Positions 1 through 11,870 of a DNA stretch of 64,000 nt are shown in pieces; the stretch's first letter is position 1; every line of letters begins with the position of its first letter. The position numbers were made by a program, and so were the translations under genes. This DNA comes from Blasia pusilla (Eukaryota): assembly GCA_050084515.1 (NCBI GenBank), contig CM114271.1:15624001-15688000 (forward strand), read 5' to 3'. The notes under the pieces are model-generated. The model was not told the origin of the DNA and ran no database searches. It saw only the letters and a program-made list of their open reading frames with translations.

Positions 1-1705
1 CTTATTTTACAAAGAGAGAATTAGTGCGTGAGAGAGCTTCATGGGGGACCTCGCACGTCACTCGCTGGTTTTGCAGGTTGGGGATTGTATCCTCTGTTCA
101 GCGGTTCATGGGAGTGCTCACTGGAGCAAGAGCCGCTTACTTATGATGTTTCCTTTGCCAATTTTTCGTGTGAAAGAGTGGCGCGCGGAAGCGCTGCACA
201 ATTTTTGATAGGGATTGAGTATGGGGGCGAGTTGCCCCATGCCGATGCTCTCCGAAGCACCATGTAGCTTGCTTATTTGTATTTTCACAGGTTTTACATT
301 TTTGTTGGAAGATATCAGCGCCGAAGCGGTGTCAAATTTTTTGTAGGAGAAAGAGACATTCGGCTTTATGAGAGTCCCTGTCAATTTTTACTGGAATGTC
401 TGATTCAAAATATTTTTTAACGCTGTCGTGAAGCTGTGCACATTGTGCAATTTGAAGTTGCGAGCAAAAATTTATGGTCAATCTTGCAAAACTGCCATTG
501 CTAGGAAAATTTTAGGGTTAAATTGTTGAAACCCTAAACCAGCCGCCACGACGGCGGCGGCCGTCACCGTCAATGGTCCGCCATCGATGGTCAACCATCA
601 CCATTTATGGTTAATCGGCACCATCAACGGTCAACCGTCCACCGTCCACCGTCCATTGTGTGCCGCCGCCACCGCCTAGCGCTGCTTAGAGCCGCGTTCG
701 TCCGTTGTCCACCCTTTGGTTGCCATTGCCGCCATTACGGAGTGGAGGATCTTCCACAATGACCGTTGATTCTCTGATTGTGTCGCCACCACATACTTTT
801 TTTTGGCCGCCACCGTCATTGTAGTTTCGTCATCAACCAGTGATGGCACATGACCTCAGGTTATGGTGTTTGAGTTTTCATTTCATGCTACCATGTTGTG
901 ATTGGTATCCGCTTGACGATGATCGAGTATCGTGTCGTGACGCCCGTAGCCGCAACGCGCCGCCGATTGCCGCGCCATGCCGCTCATGCCGCACTGCACC
1001 ATCTCGATTGCGGAACTGCTCCTTGACTAAGGAACATAGCGTGTGAATTTTTGATTGAGGAGGGTATGCCGCCGAGTGCCACATCCCATTCCCGAGTGTC
1101 GTGCCATTTGTAGCTGTTCCGTGCCGCTAGTGCCATACCGGACGGCTAGACCTGCACCGCACATCGAGGAGGTTTGAGCATCGTCGGTACGAGAGGAGTA
1201 CGACTTGCTGATTGGAGGAGTTTTCTTCACGAACGGGTTGGGGTCGAGATTTGCAGTTTCTGAGGAGCGACATCGACATTATTGTCAAGTTACCCATTTA
1301 GATTTCTTACCCTTCACATGTGAGGGATTTCTGGATATTTGGTTTCATGTTGATGCTCGGAGCATCGATGATGTATGTAGGGGACATAGACCTGTGTGGG
1401 ATGTCCAGAGTTGAGGATGGTTTGTCGATGGGATGATGTTGATTTGCCGCACCACGCTGGTTGTTGCGGCATAGGACACGTCTCAGTGAGAGAGTGTAGA
1501 TTGAGTGCCGCCTGTTTAGTTTAAGTGATTGAGGGATTACTCGCGAGATTGAGTGATTATGTGAGAGGGACACGAGGGCCATCACGGCGTCCTTTCAAGA
1601 TTTTGAGAGGCAAGGTAGTGGATCTGAGAATAGCTCTGGAGGGTTACCCGGAGTGGTGCGAGGTCTCGAGGATCTCCACGTGAGAGACCACCTCGATCTC
1701 CTTCT

Positions 1706-2900
1706 ATGTCGTCTTCAAACGAGGGGGAGCATATAGAGGAGTGTGTTATTGATCCACCGTATACATTGAGTGGTCCTACCAGTAGGGCATACGAGATGGA
1801 CGACCGGGGTAGAGGACCGCATAGGTTTTCGGGTGTTGTATGCACTATAGAGCTACACGACTTCATTGCGGAGTTTAGGAGTTGGTGTGACTCACAACGA
1901 GCTAGGAACTCAAGAGAGTTCAACTCGTTCACAGCATGGAACGGTATGTTCCAGCATTTAGAGGGGGCGCCCATGGAAGATTACCATGAGTTCTCCCACA
2001 GATATGCCCACGAGATTGAGGCATGGCCACTCTACTATGACCCACACTTTGTGTCATGGACGGAGCCATTCCTAGATGAGGAGGAGGAGTCAGGAGAGGC
2101 TACTTCCTCTTCCACTAGTGATATTTTAGGAGGGATCACTCGCACTGGAGCAGTTGCGCCATATGGTCGGGTTCGTCCCAGGTTCAACCCCGTGGTTGAG
2201 TTCTTTGCTGAGTTGAGGGCGAGTTACTAGGGGGTACGAACAAAGAAGTTGCGGAGCATCCACGACTTCCAAAGACGCCCGGGTGAGAGTTTGCATGAGG
2301 GTTACACTCGCTTGCACCGATTGATCAACGTCACTCAGGGGGTGATAGAGGCTCAGGCTATCTAGTCATGGTACGCGATGCTGGACCGGACCCTGCGGAC
2401 ACGAGTGCGAGAGGGGTGCTTCTTATGAACACCTCCCCTACGTTAAAAGATATTTTTAGGATCGTCGAGAACATTAAGCGCAACGTAAACATGGCGGAGG
2501 AGAGCGTAGTCATCATGGGTTCTGGGCGAGAGCAATCACGATTGTTTGCACCACCTGTGCAGCAACGTGGACTCTGAGATAGGTTGACTGTGGCACCATG
2601 AGCTCACAGAGGATATCGAGAGGCCGTGCCAAAGAGACGTGCGCCTTCATATGTGGCTCAGCAGCAGCCGCCTACAATTACTTTGTTGGTCATGTGGTGG
2701 AGCCCATCATCAGCGTGATTGCACTCGTCAGGATCATGGACGTGTGCCTCAGCATGGAGGAGGAGATGATGCTGCACCATGAGGTTATTAGTGTGACTAT
2801 TGTCAGAGGTATGGTCATACACGCTCGAGATGTTTCAGTTTACATCCTGAGTTACATCCGGACCGAGGGCCAGAGAGGGCATCAGAGCAAGTAGCTGGTC
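1706..2900 (+). pseudogene. gag: retrotransposon gag with two CCHC zinc knuckles
   Basis: ORF 1706-2230 reads through a stop into gag-like FQRRPGESLHEGYTRL; knuckles CWSCGGAHHQRDC (2684-2722) and CDYCQRYGHTRSRC (2792-2833). Confidence 0.8.
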
Positions 2901-3615
2901 TAGGTGGGCCTAGACATCGTGCACCATGTGGTCCCGTTGGGGGACGAGGAGCTAGAGCTGCCCGTGGAGGAGGTAGAGTCCTACCACCTAGACGCATCGA
3001 GGGAGACGCCGGGTGTGAGGCTAGGATGGCTGCCTAGATACATCAGCTACAGGAGCAGATTGTTGCTATGGCATTGCGATTACCCGATGTTGGATCCATG
3101 GCATCTACATCGTATGGAGCAGCCAGAGATATGGAGGATCCTGGTTGGATGTGCAGGGTTGCCCAGATGGAGGCCGACGTAGTTGTGATGCATGGAACAG
3201 CCACAAAGTTGGATCCAAAACGAGGGAAAGCTAGGAAATAGACTAGGCTTCCTCAGACTTTCACGTTGTCCGAGGCGATGAGGACCCCATCGATGGGTCC
3301 TGATGAGAGTTCGTGGAGAGTTGGTGTGCAAGCACGGAGGGCGATGGGAGAAGCGAGTGCGACGACTCCTATTTCTGATGCTCAGGAGGGGCATGTGTCG
3401 AGCACGTTGTTGGGGGCGACCACCGTTGTGTACTGCGCTCCTTTATTTTCTGCTTCCGATGTTATGACGCTGGGAGGTACGCCCGCCGAGGTTTTTTGGC
3501 TGGCCGCTACGCTATGTGAGCGTCGAGTTGGAGTTTATGCATCACGTTCAAAGGTAATTGCAGAGGAGGTGATGGACCGTCCACGTCATATTCATGGCAG
3601 ATTGCTATTGTTGGG

Positions 3616-4047
3616 ATGGCGGAGATGCCCGCTAGACCCGCAATAGAGCGTGCCATGGCTTCTCCAGGTGTTGTGTTGCTAGATAACCTAGGAGAGGTCT
3701 TCCAGTTGGTGAGTCTTGGAGGTAGAGCTTTTAGTCCGCAACGCGTCTTGTTGGATTCAGGAGCGCAACCCCTGATGTTGGGGAAAGCGTCATTCAGAGG
3801 AGTGGGCTTGACGAGAGCCGATGTGAAGCGTTGTCCATTCCGGATATAGACATCCTTGGGTGGAGCAAGTACCACACAGTATATCACCCGATAGGAGGTT
3901 GTGGTGAGGATTCACCCGGGACATACTACAAATGAGTCTGTGGTGCAAGCCAAGGCGATAGTGACTAATGCAGAGTCCTATGACATCTTGGTTGGTGGAG
4001 TAGTGTTATACCCAATGGGGTTTTCCCTAGATTACTGGGAGGAGTGA
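3616..4047 (+). pseudogene. retroviral-type aspartic protease
   Basis: RVLLDSGAQPLMLG active-site motif and downstream SYDILVGG motif. Confidence 0.85.
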
Positions 4048-4411
4048 GTGTCCTACAGACCAGGATGGCACTCAGGTGATGGGCGCCTTAGCTTATTACC
4101 CGTTTGACTCATAGGTGCAGTGATCCATAGCTAGGAGAGATGGCGACCTTAGCAACATTTAGCAATGCCATCACTTGGCCTAGTGATGTGATTGAGGGAC
4201 ATGTCCATGCAAAGGATACTCCCATTCCTAACATTTCTATGGAGAGGAGTGTCATAGTAGCCGCATCAATCCGTAGAGGAGAGGTGTTGCTTTGGGGCTT
4301 GACTGAGGAACTTTGACGCTTAGCCATTGAGCATGACAAACCGCGTGGAGCGAGACGCTTATACTAGAGTGTGACGGGTCAGAGGAACCCTAGGTAGGCA
4401 GGAGTGCTTCT

Positions 4412-4820
4412 ATGCCCCCTTTGGACAGCACCCGGATTGTGTGGTGCATCTTAGAGGAGGGTATTCGGTTGTTGGATCTCTTTGGAGGGATCAATACTAG
4501 GTTAGCTCTTGTTTTGCATGTTGGAGTGTGCGTGGAGCAATACCTATATGTGGAGATTGATGATGTTGCGAGGCACACTTCACTTCACCATGTGGTACTG
4601 TTATGCCTCCGTTTTCCTGACTTGTTGTGTGCATCCGCCATTCAGGGTTACCAAAGTTCCCTACCAAGGGATATTTCATTGTTGGGGGCGCAAGACTTGG
4701 AGTGGGTAGGGACCATAGACTTGGTCATTGCTGGTTGGCTGTATTAGAGCCAATCGAGTGTTGGACGAGGTAGCAGGTTAGCTGACACTCGGTCTTGGTT
4801 ATTTTGGGAGATGATGGGAT
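4412..4820 (+). pseudogene. C5-cytosine DNA methyltransferase domain (DNMT3-like, N-terminal half) inside pol
   Basis: Motif I RLLDLFGGI, motif II YVEID, motif III-like RDISLL, motif IV IDLVIAGW[LY*] (decayed GWPCQ), then GSRLADTRS and frameshifted GLFWEM (motif V-like); motifs VI-X not seen. Confidence 0.85.
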
Positions 4821-5019
4821 CGGGAGAGACATCCTTGGACTTCTTGGGATGTTTTGTAGGTACGCCAAGAGATGATAGCCACAACATCGAGCGTGGTTCC
4901 GAGTACTTCATGTGGAGATGAAAGTTCTATTTTCCGAGACCGGGTTGCACCATAGCAACCACCGACATCCGCTCCGGAGAGTCCTACCGTAGTCACGATG
5001 GAGATTTGGGAGCCAGATA

Positions 5020-6430
5020 TGGGCCCTAAGTTGAAAGGAGGAGAGCGGCGTCAGATACACCAATTCCTTAGGAGTAATAGGAGTTGTTTTGCATTTAGTT
5101 TGCATGATTTGGGTAGCTGAAGGGTCCAGAGATCCGCATTGAGTTGTCGAGTGACACACCAATCTTTCGACGATCCTGCAGGTATAGTGATATGGAGAGG
5201 GCTCTGATTCAAAGTAGGAGCTAGGTTGGAGTAGGACTAGTGGAGATGTCGCATGGAGAGTATGCATCTGCCACTGTCATGCCTGCCAAGAAGGATGTGC
5301 ATGGCAACTCGACGGATAGGCGAATGTGTGGAGATTATCGACCTATCAATCGGCAGACGAAGTTCGATAGGTATGCCATGCCCACCCCTAAGGAGATCTT
5401 TGATGTGATTGGGCATGCAAAGGTCTTCAGTTCATTGATTGCGAGCCGGATACCATCAGCTGCCTATCAGATTAGAGGACATGCAAGAGACATCATTTTG
5501 GGGCATCGATCCTCACGGGAAGGATTGTTTGTACCAGTGGCGGTTCTCACCATTTGGCTTAAAGAGCGCCCCGGCTGAGTTTCAGAGGGTTATGGATAGG
5601 ATCTTGGCAGGTCTGGATTTTGCTAGGTGTTATATTGATGACATCGTAGTCTTTAGCGCCATGGTTGAGGAGCATGAGAGACATCTAGAGGAGATGTTTC
5701 GACGACTGCAATTACATGGGCTCAAGCTACATCCAAGTAAGTGCAAGTTCTCCTATGACCAGATTGAGTATTTGGGTCACACAATATACCTTGGGGACCT
5801 TGGTGTGCAATAAACGACGGTAGAGGCTATTTCACGCATTCTACGCCCTACATATATGAATCGAGTTTGTGCATTCATGGGATTGGCGAACTTCTATCAA
5901 CGGTACACCAAGGGTTTCAATTCGATTGCGAAGTCGCTAACCTTGATGACCAAGGTAGATCAGGAGTGGCACTGGGGGATGAGCAAGAGAGAGCATTTCA
6001 GATGCTCAAGGATAGATTGACGTCCGTGCCCATATTGAGGAGACCGATCAGGGAGCGTCCTTTCCAATTGCATACCGATTGGAGCATGTTGGAGCGATGC
6101 TCACCCAGCATGATGATGATGGAAGAGAGTTCGTGGTGGCTTATGCTAGTCGCTCAAACAACGCCACAGAGGCAAAGTATAGCTCGTATGAGAGTGAGTG
6201 CTTGGCTCCAGTGTGGGCTGTCGCACATTTCAAATGTTATCTATTCAAAAATCCCTTTACCATCATTATTGATCATCAGCCACTTAAGTGGTTGATGGAG
6301 TCCGACAAGCTTACAAGGAAGCTTGCAAGGTGGGCTCTTTTATTGTGGGGGTATGACTTCCAGGTGGTGCATAGATCTGGGACGCTCAACCAAGATGCAT
6401 ATGGTTTAAGCCGTAACCCATGCCCGAGTC
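5020..6430 (+). pseudogene. pol: reverse transcriptase + RNase H
   Basis: RRMCGDYRPIN, GYHQL, PFGLKSAPAEFQR, YIDDIVVFS, KCKF..EYLGH; RNase H FQLHTDWS, VAYASR, YSSYESEC, DHQPLKWL. Confidence 0.95.
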
Positions 6431-6779
6431 AGCGAGATGCGACTGGAGCTCGTTGGCATGGTGAGAGTGATGAGGAGTTGGTGCCAAGATGGCATGCGTT
6501 AGCCTATTTGGGCTTGTTGGCTGTGGAGAGCCAGATTGCTGAGACTTTGATGGCGAGGTCTGATGGAGAGTCCTTAGATCCAAAGGCCGGTGAGGAGAGG
6601 ACGGGTGGCCGAGACATTCATGACGATGGAGTGGTCTTGGAGAACCTGTGTACTGGCAGCATCGCGAGCACAGTGGGTGCTAGAGAGCGGGATTGGATTC
6701 TACAACGAGCCAGACGGTTCCGGTGGAAGAGCACACATGTGTTACGAGTGTGGAAGGATGGTAGAGTGCATGTAGTGTC

Positions 6780-7880
6780 TCATCCTTTGTAGAGAGCACG
6801 TTTGGTGCGTCATGCCCATGAGGAGTTGGGTCATTTTGGAGTGAAGCGGACGTACAGCTTGCTCTAGATTCAGTATTGGTGGCGAGGCATGCAGATTGAT
6901 GTTCAATAGTTTGTTGCCAGATGCATGGTGTGTGATTGAGTCCAAGCATCGTTCAATGCTCCTACTCCATAGTTGCATCCACTTCCGATCATAGGTTAAG
7001 ATTATAGATGGATTTTGGATTTTGTAGGATCTTTGCCTTAGACGGAGCGCCATAGTCATTATGTGTAGTGATCGTCGAGCACTTCTCGAAGTGGATAGAG
7101 TTGGTTGCATTTCTTGACAAAGCGAGTGAGGGAGTAGCATATGCCTTCCTAGATTGAGTGATGAGTCATTATGGCGCACTTGCTGAGGTGTTGAAAGACC
7201 ACGGTACAGAGTTCCGTGGGGAGTTTCAAGCCTTCTGTGATGAGGCACTAATTGACCACCACACTACTTTGCGACATCATCCTGAGGTGGATGGACTAGC
7301 GGAACGGGTTGTATAGACGGTGAAGAGAGGACTACGCAAGTATGGCTTGCAGAGAGGTCACCTAGGAAATTGGGACCTTCAGTTGCCGTGGTTGGAGATG
7401 GGATACAGATTTTGTAGGGAGGCATCCTTAGCGTCTTTCTCACCGTACTTTTTGCTTTATGACCGAGAGCCAGCCAGATTTACCTATGGCCATTCGTCGA
7501 GATACTGATGAGGTGTTGAACCTTGATGACCCTGATGCATGGATGTGAGCATGTTCTCAGAGGGCTGAGTTTTTTCGGAGAGTGATGCCCATGGCGTTTG
7601 AGAACTTGGCGATTGCGCAACATCGGGATACGTTGAGGTATGCAACTATTCGGGGTGGTAGTTATCAACCTACTATCCGGAGATTTCATCAAGGAGACTA
7701 TGTTTACTTACAAAAAATGGTACCCACGACGTTGGATGTGACTGTAGGGCGTACCATCTTGAGAGTGCGTGAGGGTTTGCCATCTGGTGTTTTCTTATTG
7801 GAGGGACGCGATGGTATGATTTGGAAGGACCATGTGCGTAATTGTGCGCCATGTCATCTTCCAAACATTGACCTTATAGT
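6780..7880 (+). pseudogene. integrase
   Basis: HAHEELGHFG...YWWRGM...CMVC zinc finger, DFVG, D.GTEFRGEF, GLAER, SPYFLLY segments; multiple stops. Confidence 0.9.
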
Positions 7881-7911
7881 TGATCTGAGCTTAGCAATAG
7901 TTTTTGCAGGC

Positions 7912-8058
7912 TTGCGATGTGTGTTGTGTGGTTCCGCCTGTGGTGCAACCACTATGCTAGTCTATGATGGGTGTTTGAGATGATGGCATATGGCATGTTT
8001 GACGCCACCTCTCACTAGGATTCCTCAGGGATGATGGATGTGTCCCAGATGTACATAG
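7912..8058 (+). pseudogene. PHD finger at C-terminus of pol
   Basis: CVLC...MLVYDGCLR*WHMACLTPPLTRIPQG*WMCPRC matches the C4HC3 PHD pattern with two in-frame stops and one Cys>Tyr. Confidence 0.88.
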
Positions 8059-8272
8059 AGTATAAATTATTTATATAAATAATTATATATATATATATAC
8101 TTCTACATTTTGGCTTGTATCTCTGATATGGATGACAAGAAGGCGACTAACAATGGGGCCACATTAGCACCCGGACTTCTTACTCTTAGCGTCCGAGAGA
8201 TGTATGTCATGGTAGGTAGGGATAGATGACTATCTAGAGTTAGAGGGACCTAACCACCAGCTAAGGGGGTGA

Positions 8273-8399
8273 TTGGAGATATTTTGGTACTTCTTGTCTC
8301 GTTGTTTGGATGCCATGAGTTAGCATGGGATCGTGTGTGTTTATGTGTGTGTTCGGTGACAACAACGTATGTTGTGTAGCGATGTGTATGCACACAACA
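8273..8399 (+). repeat. truncated LTR copy (3' ~127 bp) directly after PPT
   Basis: GAGATATTTTGGTACTTCTTGTCTC...CACACAACA matches 8921-9044 and 23291-23416; preceded by AGCTAAGGGGGTGA PPT. Confidence 0.8.
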
Positions 8400-8401
8400 A
8401 C

Positions 8402-9044
8402 TGTCACGTCTTTTAGGATAGATCGGTGAGATCTAGTTGAGCGCCCTCATGAGTAGTGGAGGACAGGCTCAATAGGTCGAGATGATCTGCTGAGGCTCCG
8501 GGAAACTTGAGAGAGCAGGTTTTCCCTTCGTTTCGGCTCAATTGGAGCCATATTGAGGAACTTAGAATTTTAGGTAAGTACCATTTTGCGTATATGATCA
8601 ACTTTGTATTTTTGGTAAGTGGACCTTGACCTCCTACATCAGGTCAAGAGCCAAGGAGGTGACTTGGGAGCATAGGTTACCATGGAGAGAGTTTGGGAGA
8701 GGGGAGGGATATACCTCAAGGAGAGAGAGCTTGAGAGCTCATTCTCTCTTTGTTGAACCTCTTGGCATGAGGTGGCGGAGCTATGGTCTTGCTTGCCTTC
8801 TGTGTGTAACCCAAGCCTCTCATTAGGATAGTGGGTTTGGTTTGACATTGAGAGAGAGATGTGAGAGTGCACATATGTGAGAACTATGGTGTTGTTAGAG
8901 AGATTGGATCTTATTTTATTTGAGATATTTTGGTACTTCTTGTCTCCTTGTTTGGATGCCATGAGTTAGCATGGGATTGTGCGTGTTTATGTGTGTGTTC
9001 GGTGACAGGATATATATTGTGTAGCAATGTTTATGCGCACGACA
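8402..9044 (+). repeat. LTR (~643 bp) of the DNMT/PHD Gypsy element
   Basis: TGTC...GACA termini; homologous copy at 22885-23416. Confidence 0.8.
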
Positions 9045-10094
9045 ATGTCAAAAACCTTGACCTAAAGCCGTAACACATCCCAAGCCCACTCAGAAGAGCC
9101 ATGAATTCTGAACCACCGCACCCCACCATCGTCAATCAGCAATTTGCAAGCTATAAGATTGATATGTGTGGCTTAATGCAAAGCAGTGGGACAAAGCAAA
9201 AACAAACAGCTTGACCAGCAGTATTTGACCGATTAGAAATCCCGAGACAAGCCAGTTAGAAACTACCTCAAACTTCCTCATAGGAAGCATTATTTCAAGT
9301 ATGGCTCAAGTATAGAAAGCTTGAAGGAAAAACCAAGGAAGAAGGCGGACGCTCTAGTCTCCACAAAATATAGAGATATTGTCCAACAGAAAACCAAGAA
9401 TCAAGTGGATGAGTCTTAGGCCTAAAAAACCACAGCACTAGTGGGTGGGACCAAGCACAAGTTGGGCACTAAAAGAACTCCATGATCCCACGGTCCTCTA
9501 AGCGGAGAGGAGGGTCGAGCAATCATTTGACTAGATTGGGGCGTCCGAGTAGAGAGGTCAGATCTCCTCATTGGAAGGATTAGCTCAAGATTCCACACTC
9601 ACGCATATGTGGTTGTACCGGCGTCGAATAGAGGAGCTCTAGCATGCATGTACTCGTAGCGAGCGGCATCAGAGAGAAGAACGTCGACCAGCAGAGCGTC
9701 GTGTAGGACGACATAGGATTGCATCCAACAATATGACTCGTAAGGAGACAGGAGCGCAATGCAAAGTAGTGTAGAGCTTGAGCATGATTGAGCATAGCGA
9801 GGCCATAGAGTGCGCCGCTTGAGCGTGATCAAGCAAAAATTTGAAGTGGTGAGTGAAAGCAAAGAGGAGACTGAAGCGCTACCGGATTGCAAATAGGTGA
9901 AAGAGGGGAAAGAGGTAGGGAGACAAAAGGGGAAGGGGGTCAGAGACACCAAGGGCATGCCGCAGAGTCTCCGCGGTTTGCTATTCATCCAATAGCGAGT
10001 TATAACTGGTCGTTGGATGTAGATCTAATAGATATTAGTGGCGGCAGCAGTTAGAGAGAGTGTTAGGTTAGAGATAGGTTCGCGCTACCAAACC

Positions 10095-10377
10095 AATGGT
10101 TTCATGGAAATGGACAAGTCTGTCTATGGGACGGACATGCCCAGCTTGCACCTAAGCCTGCCTGGAGCTCGCACCCATTTGAGCTTAAGCCTAAGCCTCT
10201 AAGCCTGGGCTTGAGGGTTCCTGCGGGCCCCGGGTGCGGGCTATGTGTGGGCCGATTAATCTATGCCCGCCTCCCAAAATCCTAGCCCGCACCCATTCCC
10301 TCGTCCTCAGCTTTCCCGGGGTACCAAAAAATGGTGACGGGGGATCCTTTGGGCATGTCCATTTCTCTGCAACCACG
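10095..10377. mobile_element. degenerate hAT-family MITE
   Basis: Degenerate TIR-like ends (AATGGTTTCAT / CTGCAACCACG), GGACA..TGTCC subterminal motifs, GC-rich interior; no TSD found. Confidence 0.45.
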
Positions 10378-10788
10378 GTTCATGCAGCCACTCTTGTCTC
10401 TAAGATCATACTCTAAATATAAAAGATGACCTTGTGCTACTTTGGACGCCTTTGCACTCTCTACGTAATGTCTTGAATTATGTCCTACAAAGTCCACAAG
10501 TTTCTTTCTCTCCTCATCTCATCCCCAACCAATCTCAATGCAATTTGTAGATGTTCACAATACGCCAATATATGGACATGATAAGATGGATGTCACTCGT
10601 ATTATGGTAATTTTTTGATCTTGAGCCAATCCTTTTATCCTACACTAACTATTTGTGTAAGATAGTTCAAGTCCATTTCTTGATTCAATACATATCTCCA
10701 TAATGCCTTGCAGGCTTTGACAACTCCTAAACTACCATATATTAAGAGTAGGCTCATCCAATTTTCATGTTGGATTATCCTATATAAT

Positions 10789-11773
10789 GAGGGTTGCACA
10801 CGGACAAAGTTTGTGTCCGTGCATATGTCCATGTTTGTGGACTTATGTCCGTCCTATCAAGGGACGAGTCCGTGCGGGCCCAGGTATCCATGGCCTCCAC
10901 TTGGGCCGCCAAAGCCCGATGCGTAGCCCCTGGCTGACCAAGCGTAGACCCATTGGGTGGCCCGCTAGGGCCTGTTGTCGGCCCGCAATCAAGCCCACAG
11001 GGTGGGCTTGGCTCACATGGCGGACTGAGGGCCCGCAAGGGACCCTCGCAGAGCCCGCGCATGGCCCACATGGCAAGTTGGGGTCCGCAGGGGGCCCTCG
11101 CAGAGGGCCGGCTCCACACGAGCCTGGTTGTGGACGAATCACAGGACCTGCGTGCTTGGCCCTCATTGGGAGGGCTCATTCCGGTGTGGAACCGCCCCTC
11201 TACGGGCCCCCTACTAACCCCACCTTGCCATGTGGACCTTGGGTGGGCTCTGCGAGGATCCCTTGCGGGTCCCCAACCCGCCCAATGAGGTCCAAGCCCG
11301 CCCTACACGCTTGGTGCAGGGCGACCGCGGGCCATGGAAGCTAGCCGGCGGCGCAATGGGTGCATGCTCGGTTAGCCTAGGTTTACACGGTGGGTTGTGG
11401 GCAGGCTCTAAGCAGGCTGTAGCCTCCATTGTGGGCCCGGTGCCATGGTTGCACAAAAATGGACAAGTTCTTCCTTAGGAAGGACAAGTTTGGACATATC
11501 CAAGAGGTGGGATCCACACTTTTAGACCATGATGGAAGGCAAGGCAAGGATGAGAGGAGCAATGATGGAGGAGGGAGTGGAGGTGTAGGGAGGAAGAAAT
11601 GGGGGAGTATGGAACACTAAGGCAAGTAAGGGGAATGAGAAAGAAGGGAAAGGTGGGGCCCATATGGACAAGTCCTTCCATAGGAAGGATATAAGTCCAC
11701 AAACATGGACTTTGTCCACATGCAACCTTGTGGGGCGCGCATGCCTAGACTTGTCCATTTTCGTGCAACCTTG
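10789..11773. mobile_element. hAT-family MITE (985 bp) containing a second nested MITE-like unit at 11444-11730
   Basis: GAGGGTTGCAC...GTGCAACCTTG; 8-bp TSD TATATAAT/CATATAAT; inner ends CATGGTTGCAC (11444) and ATGCAACCTTG (11730) without TSD. Confidence 0.85.
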
Positions 11774-11870
11774 CATATAATCATGCTTGGTCTTTCAAAA
11801 TGCTTGTCATAAAACTCATTCAATGCCTTCAACTCATCCATCCTATCAACTAAAGCCAATTATGGTCTAT

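Larger units (their letters stand above)
1706..9044 (+). mobile_element. Ty3/Gypsy LTR retrotransposon (decayed): gag-PR-DNMT-RT-RH-IN-PHD, PPT, 3' LTR; matching 5' LTR not seen in window
   Basis: Gypsy domain order PR-RT-RH-IN with recognisable motifs (LLDSGA, YIDDIVVFS, FQLHTDWS, H-H-C-C integrase zinc finger); many stops/frameshifts; polypurine tract at ~8259-8272 followed by LTR sequence. Confidence 0.92.

Noticed and set aside
9045-10090. Possible minus-strand retrotransposon leader with PBS-like TGGTAGCGCG
   Set aside because: No adjacent LTR or recognisable protein motif
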